From assembly GCA_030704615.1 (NCBI GenBank), contig CM060732.1:26722001-26786000 (forward strand): a stretch of 64,000 bases of DNA, in the 5' to 3' direction. Of this stretch, positions 52,751 through 64,000 are shown piece by piece; position 1 is the first letter of the stretch; each line of letters begins with the position of its first letter. Made by a program: the position numbers and the translations under genes. This DNA is from Takakia lepidozioides (Eukaryota > Plantae > Bryophyta). Below the pieces are notes generated by a model. The model was not told the origin of the DNA, ran no database searches, and worked only from the letters and a program-made list of their open reading frames with translations.

Positions 52751-52885
52751 TGCATGCTCTGTGGGTCTGCCAAAGAGGCAGCCACCATGCTGGTGTGTGA
52801 TCGATGCTCAAGAGGTTGGCACATAGGATGCTTGACACCACCTCTTGAGAGGGTTCCTGATGGAGATTGGTTATGTCCACACTGC
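52751..52885 (+). other. PHD finger (C4HC3) at the integrase C-terminus
   Basis: CMLC-x11-CDRC-x4-H-x2-C-LTPPLERVPDGDW-LCPHC. Confidence 0.93.
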
Positions 52886-53154
52886 TTGGGATAGTGGCTG
52901 TGGATATGACTAGTGGCAGCTCACAAGACATGGGAGGCCAAGCTCATAGGAGTCAATACCCAAGATCTCAGGCTCAAGTTCACAGGTTGCAAGACGGCGA
53001 CTAACGATGGGGCAACTCTTGTACCCGGCCTCTTGATCTATTGAGTTTGAGTGTAGTAGGGATAGTGGTGGAGGACTTAGTGAGGCTATGGCCACTATCA
53101 CATCTTGTGGCTACCTGGACTTAGAGGGACCTAAGCGCCAGCTAGGGGGGCGAT

Positions 53155-54002
53155 TGTGATGGACTAGTGGCAGCCTAGTGGTGGACTAGTGGCTGCACTA
53201 GTGGTGGCTAGTGGCAGCCTAGTGGTGCACTAGTGGTGCACTAGTGATATACTAGTGTTTGGTGTGCACATATGTTGTGTGGTTTGGACAGCGATGTAGT
53301 TGTGTAGCGATATGTATGCGCACGACAGCTGTCAAGTTATTTTACCACTAGTGTGAAGTTAGCTAGGAAATAACTAGCTTTTATATATTGACATTTGGGA
53401 TTGACCCAAGTGTGTCAATCCAGGGGCCAATACATGTTTGGGCACCTGGCGTTGTTATCTTCACGGCTGTCAAGTTATTTTACCACTAGTGTGAAACTAG
53501 CTAGGAAATAGCTAGCTTTTACATATTGACATTTGGGATTGGCCCAAGTGTCAGTCCAGGGGTCAAGGCAGATTTAGGCCCTGGAGTGGTTATCTTCACG
53601 GCAAGCGCGGGAGGCTCATCTTTCTCGAGTTGAACCTCACTGCGCCTAGCTATGGCGCCGTAGTGTGGATTCCCCATGGCGTGGGGTGCACTTGGCTTGA
53701 CTTGTATTTGAGTGATGAGGTTATATATGCATGAGTTTATGCTTCAGCTTTGTGAGCTCGCATGAGCTCGTGCTTGTATTCTTCTTCTTTATCTATTGTA
53801 ATGGACTAGTGGCTGCACTAGTGGTGGCTAATGGCAGCCTAGTGTTGGACTAGCGGCTGCACTAGTGGTGACTAATGGTTGTCTAGTGGCAGCCTAGTGG
53901 TGCACTATTGGTGCACTAGTGATAGACTAGTGTTTGGTGTGCACATATGTTGTGTGGTTTGGACAGTGATGTAGTTGTGTAGCGATATGTATGCGCACGA
54001 CA
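53155..54002 (+). repeat. Probable 3' LTR with internal duplications and CTAGTGG micro-repeats
   Basis: Preceded by a purine tract (agggggg, 53144-53150); TGTGAT...CACGACA ends. 53155-53327 is repeated at ~53796-54002, and ~53328-53465 at ~53466-53600. Confidence 0.65.
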
Positions 54003-56269
54003 ACTGCTAAATTATCACTAACATTTCTTGAAGCAAGTTCATAGATGCGTTGCTACGTATTTATCTGGACGGAAAATGGAGATAAGTTGAGAGTTCCTCA
54101 ATACTGGTTATAGGATTTAATCTTGTAATTTAGGTCACAGGGACACTAATCAGAAGATGATCCACGAGCTTCTTCAGTCTTTTTTTCTGGTGCTTTATGT
54201 TGTTGTTTCTTTTTCTGCCCCATGAAAGTTGTATTTTGATTGGCATGTCATGTGAAAAGGGTTGCAACTCACATGGCCCATTAATTTCCAATCTGCATTT
54301 TTTCTTCTCCATGTGTTCTGTTGTTGCGGTGTGCGTTTCTATGTTGGACATCGCGTTGTGTTTTTTCTTATTGGTACGGTGTTTTTTGTTGTTGTTTTTT
54401 CCATTTGGATTGAGCATGCTGTGAACTTTCCTGTATCTTTGAGAGGTTCTGGCCGTACATTTGCACATCAAGCTTTTGTCAAGTGATGTTTAACTGACTT
54501 GATATGAACTCATATCAATCTTTCATGGCAGAACATTCTGAAAAATTTCCTTGCTCCAACTGTTTTTGGGCGACTTCCAACGATTCGAGTCTTGCGTTGA
54601 TCTGTCCTCGCTGCACTTAATTTCCTTCTTCGTCTCTTGGAGAGCGACGTACGAAACAATAGCAACAATGATAGGATTGGCTATATTGCCCCAAAACCCC
54701 CATGGTTTCCCGGCCCTTGCTGCCATCTACTGCCAGAATGAGCGTGGGACACTACTCCTTCCCCCTGGCCTCCTCCGTTCGTGAGGACATCAAGGCCCAT
54801 CGCTCGGACTCCAGTGTAGGAGGTGGTGGCAAGGATCTGTGTTCTTGACAATGTCTGATCACTTGTCACTTGTCAATATATATATATCGATTTTCCTTCA
54901 AGAAGCTGGATTATGTAACCAAATACAAGGGTAGATGATTTTCATCTTGTATGACATTTATTCAGATCAAATGGCTTGAGTTTTAATATCAATATGTGAG
55001 CAAGAACCACATTAATGTACTGTAGCACATATTGAACTCAATGAATGTCTTGGAAAATCATAATGTGGAGGCTGGTTCAGGTCTGTATTGGAAAGGGTCA
55101 AGGTTGGGCTTCGGAGTGCTAGGGTCTCTGATTTCCTCCTTGTTCCATGGATGTATTTCCTCTTGAAACATGTATTTCTCACGTAGAGCCAAGCATTCTT
55201 CCATCAAAATGCACACCTCCTCTTCCTCCGCGGATGGTGCCTCTGACCACCAAAAACATTACATCCAACAATTTTCCTTGCAATTTTCCCACAGTACTTG
55301 ATTTGGTTCTTGATAGACTTTGTTGTGTACTTAAGTCCAACTTTAACTCTGCACCAAATTGTAGAATAGAATGAAACTAGGAGATGTCAGAAAGAACACA
55401 ACTTTTCACTTATCATGAAAAGACATGGAAATGCACTTGAATTTGATATTGTCTTTAGCAAATATTAACATTTTTCTCCAGCTAAGTAAAATAAGTCATT
55501 CCAATTGCCTGTACAGATTCAGCGTGCAAATATCTTGTCTTTGCCAGGTTTTTGCATGTGTAAAGTTTGCAAATACCTTGTCTTTGTCAGGTTTTTGCAT
55601 GTGTGAGGTTCGTAGTTTCTTTCTCATTGTTGTTTTGGCATTTGCAGTTATCGGGTGAAGGAAAATTATTTGGTTGGGGGAGGCTTCAAGGCATACTATT
55701 GTATTCTGGGTGACCATGGCAAAGAGCTCTTTTAAAGAGGATCATCTTCTAGGTATGATCTTCTTGCACTTTTGTTGTAGATTATATTATAGCAATGCAA
55801 TCATCAGTTCATAAATTGTTTATATGTGTTTGAGCCCTTCCAAAATCATGCCTAATTGGAAATTAGCCCCAACTTGTAAACATGTCACAAAATTATATCC
55901 TGAATATTCATGCTATTGGAATTTGATAAATTTGTAGGTGCTAGAGAGGAACAAATCAAGGATATTAAGGCGCAGATCAAGGTTATTGAGGCGCAATTTC
56001 GGAATGTAGAGAATCAAATGACGAAGGTGTATGAGAAGATCACCAGGATGGAAAATTGTGCTTTTAAGCATACTGTGCAATCCATGTGGGATAATCTGAA
56101 GTTTCGACAGGATCAAAGGTTGCAACTTGGGAATGAGAAGTTGTTTCTTTTGAAGGAGAACGAGCATCTTCGAGAGCAGCTCTTGCTCTTAAAGAATGAA
56201 TGAGTGATTCTAGATGGGGATGCAATTGTGGAGCGGACCGCCATGGTTATTGATTATGATGTATATCAA

Positions 56270-56660
56270 GGGCAATATCAATGTTTCCACATCTGCGGGC
56301 TCAATAAAGAAGATAAGTTGATGTTTTATATGTTCTCGGATTGACCAAAAACCTCATATCCAATGGGATTATCGCAAATAGTTGACACGCTATCATATTT
56401 GATGCCAAGAAGTGTCTAGTGGCCGTAAAATCCAAAGATCTAGAGGAGGTAGTCGCTACTGGAATTCGAGATCTGTAAAATGGCTTATACAAACTTGAAA
56501 TCTGCACAGTAGACCTAAACTTGGTGATAACTACTGATAAAGTTGTCAAGCTGTGGCATTGCAGATTGGCTCCTATAGACTATTGATCGCTTCACTAGCC
56601 AAGCCAAAAACAAATCGTTAGTGGGATTCCCAAATTACCTAAAATTGCTCATATCAATGG
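56270..56660 (+). mobile_element. Ty1/Copia fragment (protease end to GAG-pre-integrase)
   Basis: DVLYVLGLTKNLIS, NGLYKL and LWHCRL motifs, with stops. Confidence 0.7.
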
Positions 56661-56989
56661 GGATGGATGTTAGGGAAGCAGACATATGAGAAGTTGACAC
56701 TCAATTTTTTATTTAATTATTTAATTATTAGAGAACAGGGGTCTGGCCCTAGAAGCTTTATTTGGAATTATTGAAGGGAAAAAAATTAAAACCCTTAGAG
56801 TGCCACAAGGCTACCATGAGGCTGATCGCACGGAGACCGTGCTGGAGTCTCCGTGCTGGATGACTAAGAACAGTAATGAGAGCCCTTTACCTGGGCCTAT
56901 ACGACCACAGTTTATCACTTCTAATGAAGCGGAGTTACAACAGTTTGAGGGAGAGACAAAAAGCCACGTCGAGTTGATCGTAGACTAAA

Positions 56990-59885
56990 TTGAGGTTGGG
57001 AGGGAAATAGGGTTGGAGCCCTATGGAGATGAGGGAGAACGGAATGGCGTGCAGAGGGTTGAGAGGGCGAGGCGGGGCAGTCAATAGGTAGAGTAGCATG
57101 CAGAGAAGAGAATTAGCGATGGAAGTGGAGCCTGGCTACTGAAGACGATCGAACATGCTTCCAGTTGATCTCGATCTGTCAAATTCAGGGGAGGCTGAAG
57201 AGGGGATTCCTATGTCCCTCCCATGAAGGTGGAATTTTGTCCGCCCAAAGACAGGTGAGGTCACTGGAGCATGTGCAAATGAGCCCATTGTGGCCCCAGG
57301 TAGCCCTGAAAGTAACGATGAGTGCTGGCAGACGCTCTGGTTTCTTGGTCGCCAAGGGCCAGATGGAGAAGGGAAGGGTGCAGGTGTCGGGGAAGGCAGC
57401 TGAGACGACACCTGGAGGTAGGATTTTGAGGGCTGTTGTGAATCCACCGGCGAATGCTGCGTGAAGAATTGCGAGATCTGCAGTTCGGAGGAGCTGGAGG
57501 TTGACAAAGAGCCTACCGGGTCGTAATTTGGCTTTGTTGACGTCTTCAATGTGCTTTCGTTCGATCTCGTCATTCTGGTCTTCAAGCTCCAAATCCAGGA
57601 TGCCATTGAGAATATTGAACGCATTGCCTAAGGTGTCTTGGGCTCTGGTCAAGGCCTTGCTTGGGATGCAAGGACCGTCAAAGTGATCCGGCTCAGTCCA
57701 GACTCCTGGAAGAGTGTTACCGTTGGAACTTATAAGTTAGGAGATCCTCGTCCATTAGAGCCAAGATGTTGGTATTGGGAGAAAGGTCCTGACGCAAGCC
57801 AGGGAAGGCCTCTATGTAAGAGCCCCAAGTGACCGAAGAGTGATGGAGAAAAGAGTAGAGAGGGAGGTTGTTTTTGAGATAAACATGAATTTTGTTGCAT
57901 AAGGTGGGAATGGGGGAACTGTCCATAGGGCATTTGGATAGGAAGGATTGAATGTCTTGCATTGAGATCCAAATAGAGTCAAAGGTCATGTTGTCCCTAG
58001 CGGTGACAGAAATGCCAGATTGTGCTTCCTTCTGAAGATCAATGGGGTAAGGCAAGTGGCAACCGGCTCCCCCTTAGATGTGAGCTGTGAGCAACTTGCC
58101 AGAGGTAGGTTAGGGAAGGAGCCAAGAGTGGCACAGATTTTTGCTATCGTTGGGTTGTGTGCCACCGGGGAGGGACGAGGAAGCTGTGCTGGAACCGGGT
58201 CGACTTGAGGCCTGATGTGGATGTTGGGGCATACTTTCCCTTTGCCTTTTGCCTGTTCTAATTCCCAAGAGATAATTTGGGGTATTGGAAGGGGGGTGGG
58301 TGCCTCTGGAAGGGATGCTGGAAGATGTGCTTTGAGAATATTTGATGAAGATGAGCCTTGGATACTTGCCGCCTCGAATTCCGGGTTGAGTGATCCCAAG
58401 CCCTTCCGTGCTTTAGAAGCCGATGCTGAGGTAGCTTCCACAATCATGGGGTCGATGATGGAGGCTGAAATCTGGTTGACCGCTGAATCCCATTACTGGT
58501 AGGAATGATCTTGAGCTGGCAGCAGGCTAGCATCCTGCAGAGGGATAGGGTGAATGAAGGAGCTGTGTCGATGGTTGAGGGGAATTTGGTGGGGGGGGAA
58601 TAGTGGCAGAAGCAGACTTTTTAATAAGTGATGATCTTCCAAGCTCAACATGATTGTTGAGCTTTGTGTTCCTCTTGGCTTGCGGGCATTGTGCCTTGCA
58701 GTGCCCTGATTTTCCACAGCAATAACAGGCCAAAGTTGACGTGTCCTCGAACACTTTAACTGAGAAGAAATTGCCCTGATTGTCGATAGGTAGCATGATG
58801 AAAGCTGGTAGTATTTTGTCATTAGGCATGAGCACCACTATCTTGACAAAACCATTCTCATGAGCCCTTGAGGAAATTGTTGCTCCCCTCCATTGTGGTC
58901 GCTGTCTCAAGTCTGACAAACACATACTTGGATTGAATACTGCCAATTACGCAACCAAGAAATGCTCCAAAGAAATTCCCAATCGCAGGAAGGCTGAACA
59001 AGTATTGATCGGGAATGTATGGGAGCGATATGATCCTTGGACTCCAGATTTTGCCGTTCCTATTGCCCATGCATTTGGACCAAGGGTAAATGTTGAAGCT
59101 GAGTCCATGCAGTTGAGGGTTGAACGCGAGTGCTCTATCAGCTGCTTCTTTGGAGTCAAAGAGGATGGAGAAGAATCCATTACCTCTAGCATGGCAGAAG
59201 TGATGTAGCAGGTCACCAGATCCTCCAAATTGGGCGAATTGCCCAATCCCTTGCTTGATTTCTGCTCACTCGTCTGCCTGGAAAGTGCAGAAGGACCCCT
59301 TTGGTTTCTATCTGCGCTACATCAGACTCTATCTGGCTGAGCTCCATTGGAACTAGCGGGTCATCTTCCTTCATAGCAAGCTGCAAGGCCTCCGCGTCAC
59401 TGAGGGATTCTCCCGAATTGTCTGAAGGCGGGCTGTTTGGAACGGATGACTGGAAGTCTGGGTTCCTTGTTGCATGTGATCCATGGTATGTGGGCAAAGA
59501 GGGGAGTCCCAAAGTGTCGTGGACTGGGGAATGAGGTATCTGAGCTGAGCGATGGGAGATGAGTCCCATGGAGTGATTTTGATGGGCTATGAAGAAGCTC
59601 GTTCCAGTCGAGGGGTGCAGCTGACGGGGGTCTGTGAACCTTGGAGGCCCCGATCTGGCTGGAGCAGAGCTGAAAGCTTTGTTGAGAAAAGGTGCCATAG
59701 AGGAAGAGGGATAGATTGAGGTAAGTGAGAGAGCAGAAGGAAGGTAAGAGCCGTAGACAGCGAGATGGGAATGTCTGGGACCAGCGAGAGAGAGCTGACC
59801 CAAGACCCTGATTACTGCAAAGGAGCTCACGCAAGGGAGAAGACTCGAGGAAGATCAGCGGAGCTCTAGCAAGGTAGAATACCAA
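56990..59885 (-). mobile_element. L1-like LINE 5' region/ORF1 remnant
   Basis: Pro/Ser-rich N-terminus, WVQMHG...LPAIGNFFG, zinc knuckle CYCCGKSGHCKAQC (~58700-58730); fragmented by frameshifts. Confidence 0.7.
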
Positions 59886-60625
59886 AGACTGATCAGTGGG
59901 GGGAGCACCAACGGGAAGGTGGCTGGGGGGATGAATTTAGTGAAGGCGGCTGATTGGTGGCTGAAGGCAGGGATTGGCAGTGCTCATTACTTGGATGACA
60001 GGGGATGATTGGATAGGATTGAAGTGTTTTGGGGAAGTGGCCTGAGAACATGGCGAATGTGCTTTAAGGAGAGTTATTAGAGGTGACTTGAGAAAGGACC
60101 GTCAAGCATGCCAAAAGGATGAATAAGGATGTGTTCATCTTAACCTTAGCTCCAAGCTTCTGCTTTGGGAAGGAAATCGGTTACCGAACCAGCGATATGA
60201 GAGCTCAAAGAAGCTTTCATTGCAATGCGATCTGCTTAGGACGAGTGAATGGAGATTGGCATGATTGGGAGCTTGCTTCTCTTCTGCCTCCATCCGACCC
60301 TCATCGCCAAACAATTCCAAATTGGAAGATGATACAAAATTTGGCAAGGTGGGCAGTAAATTCAATGGTCATGAACTTAGATGAACTTTTACATGAACTT
60401 AGAAATTTGGGAGATAAAAAAGATTTGAAAAAGTGAGCGTTGAATTTCCTAACTTACCACCTACACCATTTACTACCTCACAAATTTTCAGCCATATATT
60501 CCAGCTGCCAATTTAGGGAATTTTTTCATCGCATGATTATGAGAGTCTTGGATTGTGTACCTCACATGATAACACCCCTTCCCTGATTTTTTTCTCTTTC
60601 CTTATTTTGTGTGGGCTGCTTTCTT

Positions 60626-60875
60626 GCGAAATTTCGCACTTTTTCGACCTCAAAAAATAAAATGGAATATTCTGTCATGAATTCTTTGTTTTCTCATGGA
60701 TGAAATCGTCAAACTTCTCCAAATAAAATATAAATCTTGGATGAATTCGCCAAATGTGGATGATATACATGGATGAAAGTGTAGAAGAGGATGATTCTAT
60801 CCAATTTTAGTGGATGAACAGAAAATATGGTTATTTCTTGCAAAACTTAGTATCCACTCCTGTTATTTTCCAAAT
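60626..60875. repeat. Second copy of the GGATGAA-rich MITE-like repeat
   Basis: Aligns by eye with ~36085-36315. Confidence 0.7.
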
Positions 60876-63800
60876 TCCACTGGCACATAGTGGAGTACCA
60901 GACTCGATGGTACTTAACCCCTAAACGACGAGCCGACCCGAATCGGGTCGGCCCGATTTTTCATCCATCCATAGCGTACATGGATGAAGTCCGATGAACG
61001 AGCGGCTTGAACGAAAAATGTAGCGCGGAGCGAGCTGCACACGCAGGGCGCCCTCAGCAGACGTTGTCAGGAATTTTTTGAAGTTTGGAAATTGTAGGAT
61101 TTTGGGTGGGATTTGGGGGGGGGGGGATGCAGGGGTTGGAGTCGGGTGCTTGTGAGGCCCTCCCCAAAACGCCAAGGAACACCAGGACGGCTCGAATGAG
61201 TTGGTCCTGGCAAATATTGGGAAACGTCGACGTGGCCCGGAAAAGGTCACCGGATTCAAGCAAAGTTCCGGCCAGCGATTGCCTGACCTGGAGGAGGCCA
61301 GAAATTTCACAAAATCCCACATCCCAAATGGAATTTAGGGAATTTTTGGGAAATTCTTTGGGGAGGCTTGTGTAGTTCTTGGCCTATGAGGGACTGACCG
61401 TTGGAATTCCCAATTGAAGAAAAATTTTGGGGTCCCCCATCAAAGTCCAGTTGTCACGCTACTGGATTTGCTGAGGATCAAATTTACTTTTGCCACATTG
61501 GCCATGATCAGCTTCCGATTAGGTTGAAGGACCCGTGGGCCCGAGAACATCCAGACTCACGTAACTTGGAAATCGGAGATTATCTGAAGTTAGTAGGATA
61601 CGTACACGCACTCCAGCTCCTGTGTTGAGATCCATCCACATCACCGATCTGAAGAGGATTCCTATTCTGGGCGTGGATATGCTTGACACATCGACGTCCA
61701 CGTAACCCGCCCCTCCATCACCCTTTCCTTGTTCACACGTTAACCATTGCTTGCAGCTCCTTCGTCTCCTGCTGCTGTCAGAAGTGGTATAGATAATTTC
61801 TCTTTGGCCGTATGCTCAGCACTTCATGGTGAGGTTTTTCTTAAAGAGGCTCTTTTCTACTCTCTGATTTGTGATAGGCTGTTGGAACTTTTTCAAACTC
61901 TTTTAAACTAAAACTAAAGTAGAAGATATCTGCATATGTAGTAGATACTGAAAGAATATGGATCAAAGATAAAAACTAGCGAGCTGTGTGTCGGATGTAA
62001 CACTTACCAAATTACTTGTACTCAGAATTATTCTTTTTCTGTGCAATACTAGTAAAGATGACAAGTCATAGTTAGAACTTAGCACTAGCGACACATAATC
62101 GCACCGAAATAGCATGTTGAGATAACTCAAGTTGGGTTCCGGAAGTACACACTTGTTGTATGTATTCCTATGGTTGGGCGGAGAGCTCTCGCGAAACTTT
62201 TTACCTTTAATCCATACTCTGCCAGCACATTTAGACCTAGACAGAACTAGCAGATGTAACCATAGCAACTAGAAGCTCAACTTGAGTTACCTTTCCAGTG
62301 CTTGAATTTGCCGTCATTGGGCCGTCATTGCTAACTCAGACTTCCATCACAACTAACTATGCCTTGTCATCACTATTAAATTGCACTGTAACTTGTCATC
62401 AAACTAATTTTGAGTAAAAGTAACTTGGTAGGGACTAGTTGATTTTCAGATATTCATATACAACAATAATATGAAATTGAGCGGAATTCACATATATTTA
62501 TTAATTTTTAATCTAATTATGATGGAATAATTTAGTAGATTATTTCAAAATATTCAGTAGAATTGTAATATATGTATGTGGTCTAAAGTCTGAACGTCTG
62601 AACCTGATTCGAACCTATATTCGATACTAGATCTGCAGTAATGTGTTTCCAGCAGTGTTGTACTGTTATCAAATTTTGATGATTACCATGCGCTCCTGGT
62701 AGAAAGAATTCAGAACTTTGTGCTTTGGTCTGTTCTGAAATAGTAAAACATTTATGGATTTTGCTACCAATGAGTATCCATAATGCAGGTTTTTTCAATT
62801 TTCAACTATGTTATCGACACTTGGATTGCAGAAGGATGTAACGCATGTTATCAACCCCTATTCGTCCGTGCTGCCCAGAATGGGCCGCTGGGCCCATCTA
62901 GTTCATTGATGCATATGTTGATCTAAGTAAAAAAGATGGGAAATGGGGCTTTGGATTCCCCATTCACCCATGTAAGTTATCTTGTACATAATCCTGATTA
63001 GCGAAGAATCGTGAAGGTGACAAGTGCAGGGCAGCAACACCCATGATGAGCGATCATTGCACTCCATCAAACCACATCTTTGAGAACAAGGAGCTTAGGA
63101 CAGCCAAAAATGACCCAAAAATGAACAGAAAAGATGATGTTTGACTAGCCACTGATCTTGGCCAAATTCCATGATATGAAGGGCAGTAGATGCACCATGT
63201 GATGCCCAAAAACTCATGATGGACGGTGATGCCGTCATCCAAAACCCTTGGACGCATTTATCCTAGTAAAAATAAAAATGTATCAAAAAAAGCATCACAC
63301 AATCAACGGTGGAGATTTCTGGGATCTTAAGTGCTGCAGGAGTTAGGTGGCCAGTCATGTCCGGTCAATATCATTGTTTGGTAACGTTTTGAGCTTTTGA
63401 AGCGAATTCTCTATTAGGGGGTCATTATTTTCCAAAAATCAACTTTGGGTGCTAGGTTTTCAAGGGGTAAGTCGACATTGTGCATTTTCAACACATGCAC
63501 AATGCAACAACATGTCTTTGAGCACATAGTCATTGACATCAAATTGAATGAGGGGAAAAACAGTGACACAAGAGTCCATAGTTCAGGACATACGTTACGT
63601 CCAGGTACATCACACATTGAGGTGGCTAAATCTGAAAATGGTCTAAACTCATACCGGGAGCCACAACAAAACAGGAGGCGGCTGGTACCAACAATGGTCA
63701 CCAAACCGAAACCCAAGCCGGGTAGGGTTTATGAGGAACAACGTCTGTAGGTAGACCCAACAGGTCTGTTGCAGGCGAAATTTGGCTACAAGGTAGGGTA

Positions 63801-64000
63801 CCTCATAACAGTCCAACACTGGTTTGTACAAGTCACGATTTATGGAGCTTATAGCTCATGGTCACTATGACATATTTTACATACCATGTTGTATGGTGTT
63901 GGTTAGTATGCAGTTCTCTTATAAGCCTGTTCTCTTGTACTGTCATTGTCGTTTATTACATAAAACTTATATGTCAATTTCATAATAATAATAAATCACA

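Larger units (their letters stand above)
46844..52894 (+). mobile_element. Ty3/Gypsy internal region: gag (2 zinc knuckles) - aspartic protease - DNMT3-like C5 methyltransferase - [RT/RNase H largely deleted] - integrase - PHD finger
   Basis: ORFs 46844-48061 and 48110-50575 share one frame, split by a single TAG at 48059. Knuckles CWTCGGPHVKKDC and CGHCGKHGHGEAQC; protease LLDSGA (~49050); MTase motifs ~49770-50690; RNase H tail VHRSGLVNRDADGLSR; integrase HHCC plus WSLDF / LTDQGREF / GLAER; PHD at 52751-52885. Confidence 0.93.

Noticed and set aside
55910-56203. 97-aa coiled-coil ORF
   Set aside because: Short, no diagnostic motif and embedded in TE debris; cannot be supported as a gene.

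Overview
Repeat-rich eukaryotic nuclear DNA with GT-AG introns, most consistent with a land plant; a bryophyte or other early-diverging lineage is my inference. Two host genes are recognisable: a 2-exon alpha/beta hydrolase (minus, 17668-18614) and a 5-exon organelle-type alkaline/neutral invertase (plus, 36760-40322). The rest is mostly decayed mobile DNA (Ty3/Gypsy, Copia, L1-like LINEs, a Penelope-like RT, MITEs). Two unrelated DNA-methyltransferase modules stand out. (1) A spliced gene at ~6.0-10.6 kb, now carrying premature stops, fuses a ParB/Srx-like domain to a beta-class amino-(N4C/N6A) methyltransferase-like domain. Its long intron holds six copies of a 24-bp palindrome, with four degenerate copies upstream, reminiscent of a ParB/parS arrangement. 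(2) A Ty3/Gypsy element at ~45.8-54.0 kb has a DNMT3-like C5 methyltransferase between protease and the deleted RT, and a PHD finger after the integrase. A second decayed copy of its methyltransferase lies just upstream. All domain calls were made by eye from motifs; no database searches were run.
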